From NCBI RefSeq assembly GCF_026210795.1, contig NC_089434.1, positions 4,278,001-4,342,000 on the forward strand: a stretch of 64,000 bases of DNA, in the 5' to 3' direction. How positions within the stretch are numbered: position 1 is the stretch's first letter; the number at the start of each line of letters is the position of its first letter. Shown here piece after piece: positions 40,160 to 54,031 of the stretch. Under the pieces are notes generated by a model, which saw nothing but the letters and a program-made list of their open reading frames with translations, had not been told where the DNA came from and did no database searches. A program made the translations under genes and the position numbers. This stretch comes from Rhizophagus irregularis (taxonomy: Eukaryota).

Positions 40160-43100
40160 CCTTCCTTCTCCCATGCCTCCTAATGAAGTTGAACGTAGAA
40201 GAGCGTTATGGAGATTTCATACATCAAATGATAATTTACTCGTATAGTAGCATTAGTATCAAAAAAACATTTTAAGACATCAATATCAATGATATCACTT
40301 CTCAATACGACTCATCAATGGTTTAAAGCTGAAGATAGTATGGGATGTAGTGAAACTACTAGGGAAATAAGTTTTTGTCATGCTATATTACAAGAAAACG
40401 GCGAACCATTTGTGATACCACTAAAGATTGGAGATTTTGTAATAATCCTTTAACTACTGATTCTCCTCTTATAAGATTTTATGCTGGCGCTCTTTACGAA
40501 CCGATGATGGTGGTACGATATGTGTGATCGATCGTGAACCTAGGGATAATTTTTCAAAAAAGGATCGTGGAAGTTTAAAAGAATTTGCTAAAGTTGTCAT
40601 GAGAGAATTGGAACTATGATCTAATACTTTACGTTTACGTGTAAGAACGAGACTGAGGAGAGTATAGCTGAATTTAGCAAATTCTGTTTGGAAATTCAAT
40701 TAGCTAATAATTCTAATAACAAAGAAAATAAGGTAAACCTACTTTGGTGATCCTATGCTTTAACATGGCAGTTACATTATTGAGGGACATTTTAGATGTA
40801 GATTCGGTTTATTTATTAGATGCCTTGCCTTTAGTTTCGTTCATGATCTATAACTTCTCGTACTTCAAGTAGATACTCCGCTTCCTGATGTATCATCAAA
40901 TAATTTAAGATCTCTCGCTTCTGCTGGTGAAATTTAATTATACTCTGAAGCTGTAAAAGCTTCTTTGATCATTTTTTATTTCGTTTATTTAGTGCAAGCT
41001 CGTTCACAAGGTTGTATTTATCAAAATTCTTTACCTCCATTACCAACCCTCTTTCTTGATTATGTACATTCCGATATTGTTGTATCGATTTATAATGATA
41101 CATAAAATGCTTTGGTTTCTTAATCGCTATGACAAAAGATTCACAAAGACAATTGGAAGATGAAGAACGTGTTTATTTGAGCAATTTTGGTGTAAATGTT
41201 GTTAGTAAAGTATTAAAAAGTAGGGTTATCGTTGCTGATAGGGCAAAAGGTGCATTCATTTCTTCTATATTTCAGAATTAAGAACTTCTCTTCATGGTAT
41301 TTTAGAAAGTTGTGAATTAATGGAAGAAAGCAAGTTAAATGAAGTTCAAGCTGAATTTGTTAAAAGGTTGTGGAACTTCTTTAATAAGTGTATTAGATTT
41401 TGCGAAATTAGAAGTGAAAACAAGATTACGTTGAAGATCCAATTAACCAAAAGAAATTAAGCGAAAAAGATAATGATATTAAAATAGTGAATAGGAATAA
41501 TAAAAAGAAAAAAGAACAGAAGGAACGAATTGATTTAGTCAAATTATTAGAAGTATCTGAAGCTTGTTTCATAGGTCAACAGATGTTTACTGATATATAT
41601 AATAATAAGATAGCGATTCTATGAATAAAAACATACAATGATGAAGAAAATTTATTAATAGAGAATGCGCATATGATTTATTAATCTCCACATCAACAAG
41701 CTGATGATGTTTTACTTATGATTGACGTTTGAACCAAGAGATGCTCGTCGGTGGGTTATGAGCTGAAGATGGTGCATTAAAACAATTATTATTAATGAAT
41801 GTAAGTTATGAAAATAAAACACTACTTTCCAAAAGAAAAAAAAATCCGTTTAAACTAATTATGATTTGATTATTTAGATTATCTGTTATCGGGTAAATTT
41901 ATGACCTATATGAGGATAAGCTTGTGAAGTATAATTCTGGATTTTACCCAAATTACACGAAAATTAGAGCGTAAGTGTAACAATAACAGATATAACGGAT
42001 TGACTCAACCCCTTTCAAACTTGGTTGATTGTTTAATGTCTATCCCACTTCACTTGTTTGTGTGATCGTAACTTCTCTTTCTCTTCAAATTTTTTTTTTT
42101 TAAAAAAATGTGAGTACTAGTTAAATTGGAACGGTAATTAAATGTTATTCGAGTTATTAATATATTTGTCTTTTTTTTTTAAATAGAAATTCCATAAATT
42201 TACGAAAAAAGGATATCTGATATGTCTTAATTTCAATAGCATCATTATCGTATTCATCATTAAGTTATCAATATAAGAAACATGCAAGAGTACAAGATAT
42301 CAACAACAACGGATACATCGTCATCATCAAATAAAATTCACGCGTTAATAACAATAACTTGATACAGGATGTGGTATATCACCATCATTTTATCAACAAA
42401 TATGTTTCTACCATTTTCTCGGGAAAATTCTTTACAAGTTGGTACAGGATTAGGACTATCTATCGTAAAATTATTAGTAGAAAAAATGGGAGGTAAATTA
42501 GATGTTGAAAGTGAAGTTGGAGTTGGTACAAGATTTAGAATTTGGTTAGATTTGATGATTAGGAGATTTTAACCCTTTAGATTCTTTTAATGAAAATGAT
42601 AATTTAATTAAAGATTTTGAAGAAAAACAACGAAAAATTATTCTTGAAGAAGTGAAACAAAAAGAGTTGTAGTTAAATGTGTCGATGGGTAATTAAAAGA
42701 AGTTGTTGAAAAATATTTTAAAGGATGGCTTAAAGTTAAAGAACTTATTTGTGAAGATAAAGAAAATGTTACTGATAGTAATTTAGATGGTGATATTATA
42801 TTTATTATTGATGATATTGATCGACTTAAAAAAATTATTTCTAAAAGTTGATTCTAAACAAGCTCCTATAGTATTTACGACTATTTTAGCAAAACATGGA
42901 AAAATAGCAGATTTTGTAAAAAAAATTACAGAAAGAAATTGAAGAAATTCAACTTAGAAAAAGAAAAAGAAGAAAAGTTGTTATTCTTACACGTCCATGT
43001 GGAACTCGTAAATTAGAGAAAGCTATTGTTTCTGTACTTTCAAGTCCAAAAGATGATGAAAAATTATTGGAAGAGGAGAATTCATATTTTCCAAAATTGA

Positions 43101-45310
43101 TTATGACATCACCAATTTCATTCATTAATTATAATTCTTCAAAAAAAACATCTCCAACTATTAACGATCCTTCAAATAAATCAGATTCTGATTCACATTA
43201 CTTTCCGGTGCACCACCCTTACGACCTCGTTTTAACCGTTCCACCACACTTCCAAATCTTCATTTATCATCTGAAAATAAAGAACCAAAAATTTTTACCT
43301 ATTCCGAAATCAACTTTTTTTTACTTACCCCTTCCACTTCACCTTGCGCAACGCCTACTACAATGTCAACTTCGTTACCAAATATGTCAGAATCACTGAA
43401 TCACTAAATATTAACCCTCCACCTTTAAATGAATTGAAAAAATCCAAATCAGCAAATTCATTGAGTTGTAATTTAGGACCTAATGTTTTAGTGGTTGAAG
43501 ATAATGCAGTTAATAGAACGATTTTAACTACATTTTTGAAAAAACGTGGGATTAGGTTTGATGAAGCTGAAAATGGAGCTATTGGAGTTGAAAAATTTAA
43601 AAAAGCATTAGAAGATGATGATGGAGAAAATCCTAATCGAAAAGGATTTGATATCGTATTAATGGGTAAATCCTTATTCTTTTTTTTTTTAGTAAACCTA
43701 CGTACATGTGTATTTAATTAAAAGGAAATATATTTTAATATATATATGGTTTTTTTTTATTTGTAGACATACAAATGCCTGTAATGAACGTGTAGCAACA
43801 GCAGAAATACGTAAAATTGAAGATGAACAACAATCCGAAATTTTCATTATTATCGACAGCAATAACAACAAATTCAACACTCGCTAAATCTCCAGCTGCA
43901 TCATCTACAATTACAAATTTTAAATTTCCCCCATCATCATTATTTAACAAAACTATTCCATCATCTCCAGTTTCAGAATCAAATAATCATTTAACCCATT
44001 TACTCAAAAGAATAGATTTTTACAAAGAAGAGTATCAAATCATGATCCATAGCAAACGATCAACAGCAGATAAATTTGAGATTGAACCAAACAACTTCGT
44101 AACTGGTTGAAAAATAAGGATCAGCTTATGATAGTAGCTCCTATGTTCGAAAACTTATTCAAGGTGCACGTCCAAAATACCAACAGCTTGAAACTGAATT
44201 AATAGAATAGTTTAGAGATTCATGAAGGCAATTGAAAACAATTTCGCGTTATATGATTCAGACAAAGCACGCTCTTTAGCCAAAAAAACCAGTATATCAA
44301 AAGTTTTCACGGAAATGGGTTGATAGTTTTATGTCCCGTCGTAATTTAGTCAATGACAAATTTAGTTTTAGAAAAGAAAATTTTATTAATCGATTGAAAA
44401 AGTCATCTTAATAGTTCGACCTAAAGTTTTAGTGGTTGAAGATAATGCAGTTAATAGAACGATTTTAACTACATTTTTGAAATAATGTGGGAGTTGAAAA
44501 ATTTAAAAAAGCATTAGATGATGATGGAGAATATCGAAAAGGATTTGATATCGTATTAATGGGTAAATCTTTATTCTTTTTTTTTAGTAAACCTACGTAT
44601 GTGTATTTAATTAAAAAGAAATATATTTTAATATATAAATTTTTTTATTTGTAGACGTGTAGCAAAAGCAGAAATACGTAAAATTGAAGATTAACAAAAT
44701 CTGAAATTTTCATTATTATCGACAGCAATAACAACAAATACAACACTTGCTAAATCTCCAGCTGCATCACATACAATTACAAATTTTGAATTTCCTTCAT
44801 CATCATTATTTAACAAAACTATTCCATCATCACCAGTTTCAGAATCAAACAATCATTTAAAACCATTTACTCAAAAGAATAGATTTTTACATAGAAGAGT
44901 ATCAAATCCTGATCAATTCTCTTTTCAAAACAATTCATTTTCAATCACAAGTTTATTAAAACCTAAAATATCGATAAAAATACCTAAATCAAAATAAAAT
45001 CCAAAACATCACCTTTACATCCCCATCACCAATACCTTCATCACCAATTTTTCCTATTATTGAAAATAATACTATTAATACTATTACTAAACATTCTCGT
45101 TCTTTAATATTTGCTTTAACTGGATTAGTTAGTGAAGAAGATAAAGATCTAAATTTTGAAAGTGGAGTTGATGGATTTTTAATAAACCTATTAGTTAAAA
45201 AATGTTGGAAAAAGTATTAAAAAAATGAACAATCTAGTGAAAATAGTAGTGTTTGAAGTAGTAATAGTAGTAATAGTAGTAGTGGAGGAAGTACATGATA
45301 ATAACCAAAC
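39554..45310 (+). pseudogene. Hybrid sensor histidine kinase (GAF-HisKA-HATPase-REC) pseudogene
   Basis: PPNEVERRRALWRF; QWFKA..REISFCHAILQ..DWRF..IRFYAG (GAF); ADRAKGAFISS..ELRTSLHGIL (H-box, frameshifted); [44 protein letters not shown] (REC). Many frameshifts, an insertion at ~41884-42184 and an internal duplication. Ends approximate. Confidence 0.9.
44048..44352 (+). mobile_element. Internal fragment of pogo transposase
   Basis: Near-identical to the reverse complement of 60717-61024 (HSKRSTADKFEIEP...). Confidence 0.92.
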
Positions 45311-45519
45311 TAATTTATTATTTTTCATTCGTTTTTATTACATTTTATTTTTTAAAAAAAAAATTATTGAATTTTTTTTTATTTATTTAGTTGTAGATAT
45401 TTATAATTTTACAAGGAGTGGCGGATATTTTATTAAAGTAATTATTTAAAAAAATTATTACATAATTTAATTTTAAACCCCTTTTTCCTTTTAAATGTAA
45501 AATAAAATGTGTTGGGTTT

Positions 45520-46702
45520 ATAGTGAGAGCGCTATATTATTACCGAAGATGCGATCGTGAAAGATATATAGTATATCATGTGGTTTGGATAGTGCTAATT
45601 ATGACTCACCAATTCTAAAGGATTGTAAAGGTTGTAAATATAACATTAGTAGAAAGCTTAATGCAGGGAAATGCTTAGTGTATATAGAAAAAAATATAGC
45701 AACAATGATAAAAGGACGGAAAGTAGCACATGATGGAACGGAAGCTATGTTAAAACCATATATGACGTTAGAAAATATTGAAATACAAAATGAATTGTCG
45801 TTGGAAGAGAACATGAAAGAGATAAGAGAAATGGAAGCCGTGAATATGAAAATAGATAATAGTATAGAAGAAAATAGTTTGATGTGGTTGAATTATGTTA
45901 TAAAAGATGGAGAGTTAAAGACGATCAAATGGGAGCGCAAAGGTCAGACCAAGAAGTCAAAATTCCAGCGATTAAAAAAAGAATTAATAAGTTGTAAATT
46001 AACAATAAAAGAAATCGGAATTAACATTAATAATTTGTTAGTGGATGAACATAGTCTAAAGTGGAATTATATTCATATAGAGGGAGCATTCAGGAGGTGC
46101 TTCAAAGAATTGAGTTATAATAGTGTAAAGATTGATTTAATGTTGGATTATGTCAAAGACTATTTTATAGAGTCTAACGGACTAACGGATGCAATATTAC
46201 AATAGATTGGGACGCATTATTTAAATTGATCAACAATGAGGAGACGACGTCTAGAAATGTAACAAAGAAGATGTTACGAAAATTTTTTTGCGGATTTTGC
46301 CTACATATGAAGAAGCTACAACGAATATGGAATATAATAAAAAAAATAGATGATGATTAAAAATATTATTAGAAAATAGTAAAGATGACGTATTTAGATT
46401 AGATAAAAGTGATAAAAGGTTAGTAATTTTAGTACATAGTTTTAGTTAATACACATTATTTAGTTTAATAGTTGCTACTTCGTTCTATTATACGAAGATT
46501 TTGGTATGAAGAGATAGTGAGTGAGTTTATTTTTAAAAGTAGGGTCAAATTAACAATCATGTTGGTAGTAAGCCAAAATGGTCAGTCAGTCAAAGGCCTT
46601 TGATTTAGCGGAACTTTGTTTCCATTAAATTTCAATGTATTTTTCTGTATTCAATATGTAATATGTTTTCCTACAATTACTAATAATAAATTAAAATACG
46701 TT
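45520..46702 (+). mobile_element. Probable non-LTR retrotransposon 3' fragment with poly(A)
   Basis: 206-aa ORF with DCKGC..KCL, broken downstream frames, T-rich UTR, AATAAA and an A-run ending at ~46702. Confidence 0.55.
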
Positions 46703-46759
46703 TATCAATTTAAAAAAAAAAATCATGTGGTTTGGATTCAGAATTATGATAATTCTGCA

Positions 46760-48005
46760 ACAACAATTCATTCATATTAACGATCAGCTTTCGCTCCTTA
46801 TCAACAATTTCATTTTTACACGGATGGTTCCGTCAAGCAACTAGGTACTGAATTTTGCAGAAGTGGTTACGGTTGGATACAAATAGCAAACTCCGCTCCC
46901 CAAGTCACGTTCTCGGGGTCAACTTTGTTCTTCCCTTCATGCACTCATTACCCTTCCTTACAAGAGAAGAGCACTTGCATCATCTCAACAGATTCGGCAA
47001 ATTGCATAGATACTTTTCAACAACGAATGAATTCTCCTACCATAAGTCCAAGGCGTAAATTGAAACAAAATAATTTTCTGATTTGGAACCTAATTTTTTA
47101 GTTAATTCACCATCGAGAACTCAACGACAAATTTAACGATCGCGCCGATCAACGTCACAAATATAGATGACCCTTTTATAGTCAATCATAAGTTCTTTGC
47201 CAACACTTCACTTGGATTTATAAGTTGGAACAATTTGTATATAGTGGACAGAAATATAAGAAAATGTAATGATAACCCTATTCAAACATTCAAACACGAA
47301 TTTTTAACACTTGTCAATAACTCATCGCTAACACCGACATCACGCATGGTACCATCGACTGGCGTTACACTTGTTTATGGATTTTAAATAACCCAACTGA
47401 CTTGCCCACCAGTTCCAAATTGTCACGCACGCAAGGCTCCAAAATTAAAAAATCAAACTTTATTTATCCTACATACCAACACTCATATAGGCCTCTGCGA
47501 CAAACACTTTGACGACATCAACAAAATCCTTAAAAAAACACAAGATCGCTTTAGCTGTGCTACTGACGACTTGCATGGACTCAGCTACCTTCGATATCTA
47601 TGAACGAGTCAATAAGTCCCCAGTCTTCCGCCTGCTATTTAACCTCGGCGAAGGATACACTACCTCTATCCCGTTATCACATCCGGGTCTTTTACTGTTG
47701 TATCACCTAATTCCTGCGGACTTCATTCAGGAACTTGGCAATCTCATAGAGATACTCTTCTCTTTAATTGTATAGATGATCTGTCTACTTTCGTGACATA
47801 CCTTATATTAATAGATTAATTCGCCCTATTTAGTTTCCTTTTTTTTTATTTTTTCCCCTTAGCCTTTTATACTCTCGTGTTTTATTTTCCGACACCAGGG
47901 TGGCGCTGTCGTTTTGGCGGGTTTGTTTACGGTTTGATTTGAATTACTTTTGACTTACGTATAGTTTGTTCTTGTAATTTGTAGCGTGAACGCGTTAAAA
48001 ATAAA
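46760..48005 (+). mobile_element. Non-LTR retrotransposon fragment (RNase H region to 3' end), degraded
   Basis: FHFYTDGSV (RNase H start), N..NDRAD-like end, VDRNIRK..PIQ matching VIDQNIRKWSNIPIQ at 58.1 kb, T-rich 3' UTR. Confidence 0.75.
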
Positions 48006-48291
48006 TTCATATTAATGATCACCATATATTTCCACGCATAAAATTTAAGATAAAATATACTTTAAAATTTATTTAATAAAAACGTGTTCAGTTTACGCTA
48101 CTAATAATAATAATATAAAGAGAAAAACAGATAAAAATAAAAAAACAAATTATTCAAATTACAAACTAAGAATCTTGAAGAAAATCTCATCAGGTCATAG
48201 TTAAATAATTTATATTAAGAAAAAAAAATCAAGTATAGTAAACAATCTAATTTATATAATTCATCCGCATAAAATAAAAAAAAAATATTAC

Positions 48292-48509
48292 CCGTATAGC
48301 ACTGCCTAAGAGACCCCCCTATCCGCGTACCCCCACTATAATATACCCGCCGGGTATGATATGTAGTTAAAAAATCTTAATTCTGGTAAGAATTCGGCTA
48401 ATTCTGGCCAATTTTTCCATATTCCATACAAGATACCCCCGGGTATAATTCAATTTTTAAGTTGGTGAAATTGATATATACCCGGGGTATTTTAGGCAGT
48501 GCTATACGG
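48292..48509. mobile_element. MITE with 18-bp TIR, Tc1/mariner-pogo-like ends
   Basis: CCGTATAGCACTGCCTAA / TTAGGCAGTGCTATACGG; TA follows the right end, while the left TA is offset by one C. Confidence 0.8.
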
Positions 48510-48724
48510 TACGTTAAATTTAGGGTAAATTTTAAATATTTTAAAAATAATCCTTACTGTCAGAAGGTTAGGATTGTTATGAACTTCATCTTTTTCTATC
48601 AAATATAAAATTAAAAATCATAAAATAATTATTTTAAGAATTTAAATAATTGTTTTATCATTATACCATTATCAACAATATGAAGTTTCTTTATTTGCTG
48701 TTGCATTGTTTTAATCTTATAATC

Positions 48725-48985
48725 ATTTTGAATTATTGGCGGGTACAACCCTATATTCTGATAATAAGGGTAAAACTAAAGATAGTTTTATTTTTTCTTT
48801 TAAAATAAAAATACTATACAATTTTTAGTAACATACGAGATACAGCCATGTTCTGGCAGAGATCTAATCATGTATTTTTCTAATGAATCTACAACTGAAA
48901 CTATAATACGGTTTACTATAGAAAGAATTATTATTAAAAAGGATAATATAGAAGATTATGAAGTATTTCAGATTATAAAAAGATG
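48725..48985 (+). pseudogene. TLDc-domain gene remnant
   Basis: IIGGYNPI..GKTKDSFIFSFK..IEDYEVFQIIKR-stop, with frameshifts. Confidence 0.8.
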
Positions 48986-49269
48986 AGTACGGTATTTTAT
49001 GTTAGATAATAAGATGAATGAGCAAATTATTGAATTGTTTTTAATTTGGCGCATCACCTTTTCATGAATAAATTTTACTATAATAATGTTATAAAATTGC
49101 GAAAAATAATTTCTTTAATTTCGTAAGTTTATTTTATTTAAAAAAAATTAAAGTATACTGAGACTTCTGTAGGTTATATAACCGTTACATTTCTCCAAAC
49201 TTGCTCAACTATGAAAAAATTCTTATCATTAAGCCGATGTTTCACAAATTTCGTACAATTATTATCAAT

Positions 49270-50512
49270 TCTTGTAGATATTAATTGCTAAAAAACTAAC
49301 AAAAGAAATGGAAGAGATTTTTCTAAAAGGTGGATCTAATATAGCTTTATCAAAAAATGAACGAAAGTATTTTTTTAGGATGTTTGACGCGAAATTAGAT
49401 GCAACAAAGATAAAAAGAAGATATGAGTGGCAAGCATATAAAAAAATAGACGGATCAAGAAAAATGATTCAGAGAGATCTACGGTGGACATTTTGCCAAA
49501 ATTATCAAAATTATCAAAATTAAATTTATTTTGATGTATTTCAACAATGAAAAAGATTTACTACAGGCAATCTATAGGTCCACTATGAACGAAGATATGG
49601 GAAAAAGCTTGCAAATGAAAGGTCAAGACGAATTGATTGGAAAAGATGGAGTATATAAAAAGAGAACAGGAATCAATAAATTTAAGGTACCTGCACAAAC
49701 AACATCTAAGGGTGAAAAGTTTGTAAATGCCCAAACTTGTCCTCTTTCGACGATACCCAGAAGTAAAGAAGAACATGAAGAGCTCGATGATTTAAACAAC
49801 AAGTTTAGTGAACGATTAGATAAAATGGAGAAAGTCGATTTACAAGAAGAAAGGAAGAATAAGGAAAAGGAAGATGGAGACAATGAAAACAAAAAACGCA
49901 TAGTGACAACGCAAGACGAAGAGAAGATTCCGATAGCGAATAAACAAATTTGTCACTTTTTAATTAAACAAATTTAGGATTGCTTTCTTGGGATTTGCGC
50001 TTGGATTTGGATGAAAAAGACACGTGGACAAAAAACGATTTTGCCCGATTTTTGGATACAATTCCGTCAAGAGTGTAGATTCTAGGATTTCTTTCTTAAT
50101 GTTTTTAATTTAATTTAATTTTATTTTTTTTTTATTATTTTGTTTTCTTTTCTTTTATGTTTTTTGTTGAGATATTAGGATTTTTAGTGCCAATATAGAT
50201 TTATTTGTTTTAGCGTTTAGAAAAATTTAGGAAATCTAGTAAACATAAGAAAATATCAAAAAAAAATCAAAAAAATATATAAAATATCTTAGATTAGTAG
50301 CGTCTTTACACAATAGATAGATTTTTAAAACCAACAATTTTTGGTTTTTTTTTAAATTTATCGTAGTAATTTTTTTTAGAATAATTAGGTTAGTTATAGA
50401 GGGCATTATAATTTATTTATATCGCTTTCTAGGTGCTTGTATAATTATGTATTCATTTATGAGCTAGACATAATTAATAAACGCGTTACTAATTTTTTTT
50501 TTAAAAAAAAAA
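49270..50512 (+). mobile_element. Internally deleted retroelement: ORF1-like fragments, T-rich 3' UTR, poly(A)
   Basis: Lys/Glu-rich broken ORFs at 49308-49977; UTR ends AATAAACGCGTTAC..A-run, like 4672-4710. Confidence 0.45.
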
Positions 50513-52419
50513 ACTACAACTAGAATCAAACAAGGTCCCGACCAAAAACAAAAACAATGCAAAGTATCTAGGTCTTCTTTTTGATGATCGATTCAATGTG
50601 AAACTTGAATATGCTATACTGTATCTCTTGACAGAATTACGACCACTGTTAGAAGATTAGTTTACTCTTAATTTTCGAAAAATTCGCGCACCGATTTTCA
50701 ATATTTAATAGTAATAAAATTTTGTAAAAAAGTAATATACATTATTTAATACTATGTTTTAATATTATTAAATAAATTTTGTTAATATCCTTTTCTAGTT
50801 TCTAGCATACTTATCTTAAGTATAAATAATATCTTATACAAAGGAATAAAACGGAATAAATCGCGTACAGTAAATGATTAATGAATAGAAATATACCAAA
50901 AATTATGTAAATATAAGTTCTTTTTTTTTTTTAATCAGAAATCAAGGCAACTTATTTTTAAATTAATTCAATTTTGTAAATTAATTCAATATTTTTTTAA
51001 AATTTAAAATTTAATCATTTATTTATATTCAAATTCTGTTAATTTATGTCCTAAAAGAATAAATTATATTAGGATACTAATTTGGAAGTTAATATTATGA
51101 CCTGATTTTCTAAAAATAAAAATTAATAAAAATAAACAAATAAAATTGCTGAAGAAAGCTTAATAATTTAGTATTCAGTATTTAGTATTTATTAGAGTTT
51201 ATGCTCTAAATATAGATAAATAAAATCTTATATATTGCATGAAATCAGTTAAACTTATCCAAAAACATGTTTAGGAAGCAAGCCCACTAGTGAATCCAGA
51301 AAGAGAAAATTAATATTGAGGCAAAAAAAATCTTCTTTAGAAACTTATTATATAATATATCCTTCATTTAAAAAATGACTTCTAATAATTAATGAAAACA
51401 TAAATATCTTTATTGAAGATGTACCCAATTCATTATTAAGGAACTATTATAATATATGATCTTATTCCATCTCTTGTACTTACATCTGGTGGATTAGTTT
51501 CAGGAAATAAGTTAATTTTAAAATCATATCATTTATGCGTTAGTAAGATGGAATCATTAACGATGTTTTTTATTTTATTAACGTTGAAAAGAATAATGAA
51601 TAGTATATACCTTATATACCTTACATTAACAAAAGATTATAAAAAGTTGTTATATAATGAGAACAGTAAACCACTTTTAAAGATTTATTACTCTTCTCTA
51701 TTAATTATAGCCATTATGATATTTCAAAAAGTATACAAAGAATCCAATACACCACTCATATATATATTTTCATATTATATTTTATTAGTAAAAAAGGAGT
51801 TTATAGTAATCTTTATAAAATAATTATATTTATCCTTATTTGGTTTGGGCATCTTTTTTTCTTGTAAAAGTGAGGGAGATTTCAATGCTAATTACCAAAT
51901 TTTATTTTAAAATATCACACCCTTATAAAATCTCATTCATAAATACCATTTAGTTAGTAAATTTTACTTCAAATTTTTTTACAACTTAAATAAATATGTT
52001 CGCAAATTAATATAAAATCTAATGACGAATAAGACATTGTACTGTATATAAAGAATGGATGTACGATCTGATAGTGGCAGATAAAATTATATAGAATCAC
52101 ACTTCTGAAAAAAGAAGTCAAACGTCCTTCATTAATTCCATCCATGATAAAAATCTGAAATTTGAGCTAGGTAATGCGAAACCAGACCCATCTTGCCATA
52201 CCTGTTTTTATTATGGGCATGGGTTCAGGATTTGCCCAAATATACCACCTGAATATAGAGTCACTGGCCTTTTTATCAAAAATCTGGGCAATCTTTTGCT
52301 TTGGGACCAAGATGAACTCCTCCTAATGGGCAAACTAAGAAACATATCCACATTATTGTGAAGTTGATTTATAAAAGAATGAGAATTTTATTTTTTTAGA
52401 AATCTGTATAAATAGAAAT

Positions 52420-52870
52420 ATATCAAAAAGTTTATATGGAAATCTTCCTTATATAGCACCAGAAGTTATTAATGGAAGAGAATATAATTTTAAATCTGAT
52501 ATTTATAGTATTGCAATGCTAATGTGGGAAATTACCATTTATTAATCATGGACATGATTATAATCTTGCAATAAATATTATTAATGGTATTAGACCAAAA
52601 ATTGTGTTAGGAATAAAGTTGCTTGTCGAAATTAATGAATTTCGTCATGTCGAAATTGTCGAAATTATTTTTACTATTCGACAATGGCCTATTTATTTTC
52701 GGCAAGCAACTTCAGTTGGGAACTCCTGCTGTAGAATATAAAAATTTAATGAAAGAATGTTGAGATGCTGATCCATCAAAAAGACCAGATACTTATACAC
52801 TTTGGAAAAAGATACAAGAAATGAATTTATATTATCAAAGTATGACGGATGAATCATTTCAATCAGAAAT
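52420..52870 (+). pseudogene. Protein kinase (TKL-like) C-lobe remnant
   Basis: YGNLPYIAPEVI..KSDIYSIAMLMWEI..IINGIRPKIVLG/TP..YKNLMKEC*DADPSKRP; interrupted by a MITE. Confidence 0.9.
52614..52714. mobile_element. 101-bp MITE with 8-bp TSD (hAT-like)
   Basis: TIR TAAAGTTGCTTGTCGAAATTA / TATTTTCGGCAAGCAACTTCA; TSD GTTAGGAA / GTTGGGAA. Removing it restores RPKIVLGTP. Confidence 0.85.
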
Positions 52871-54031
52871 ATATAGTAATTCAGCAAGAATTTTTTATTT
52901 GAAATTATCAAAATTATTTTAAATGGTTGTAATAATGATAAAACGCATACAATATATATATATAATATATTATTCATTTGAGGGGGTTGGTGTGCGGTAA
53001 TATAGTAATATTTCATTTCCAAATTAAAAAAAATTGGTTCGTTACAGTAAATCACACGACTTGCTGATAAAATTATATCGTGTATTTACTAAAATAAAAT
53101 TATAATAAACAAATAATAAAAAGAATTATTTTTTATTTAAATAAAAAAAAAAATTTATTTCGATTACATTGCAGCACTTGCCCGATCCAAACCTAAAAGG
53201 CAAAAGTACAAAAAAAAAAAAATAGGAAAAAAGAAAGTATTAGTGAAATTATTAAAAAAAAAAATCAGAAAAACAAGGTCCTTACGTAACACCGCAGTGT
53301 CGATAATCGAAGGTGAAAGAACGATCGAAAAAAACCAATTAGAAAAAAAATATTACTATAAGGAAAGAAAATTAAAAGCAAAAAAAAAATATTAAAAAAA
53401 AATTGGTTTAAAAAAACTGAAAAAAAACGAAAAAAAAATTTCAGTTTTAAAAAAAACCAAAATAAAAAAAAAGATTTATAAAAAAATCCGCAGACATATC
53501 ACACGTTTTCATGTTACATTTTAAGAAAATAAATTTTAATTTAAAAACAATAAAAAAAAAAAAAGTTTTCAATAGCTGATAGGTCAAATTACAAAAAATT
53601 CTCCGACTTGCGGAAAATTTTCTCTCATTTCTGCCATTCTGCGCATGAAATGCACAGAAAAACAGGTCCATTAATATTTTGACGTAATTTAAAACTAACA
53701 CATTTTTGACATCAAATGATATACATCATATGCATGCATATATTAACATATGAAAAAATGTTATCAACCAATAATCAAATTATTGAAATTATTGTCATTT
53801 TTTTCGGAGTACTATACATACAGATTATTATTGGTTAAGCATTCTATTTGCTATTTGTGATGAACGGAATTTCCTTGTTTATGAATCATTATTAAAAATT
53901 TCCGCTTATAGGAATAGTTAATACTATTTGTAATCCGCCGCAGTTTCGGATAAATAGCGCGGAGATATGATTAACTTTATTTATCTGTCTAATTTACTAA
54001 TCTATTACTTAATAGTAAAATTATATTATTT

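Noticed and set aside
39554..45310. Bacterial origin of the histidine kinase
   Set aside because: It contains spliceosomal introns and has the fungal hybrid architecture.
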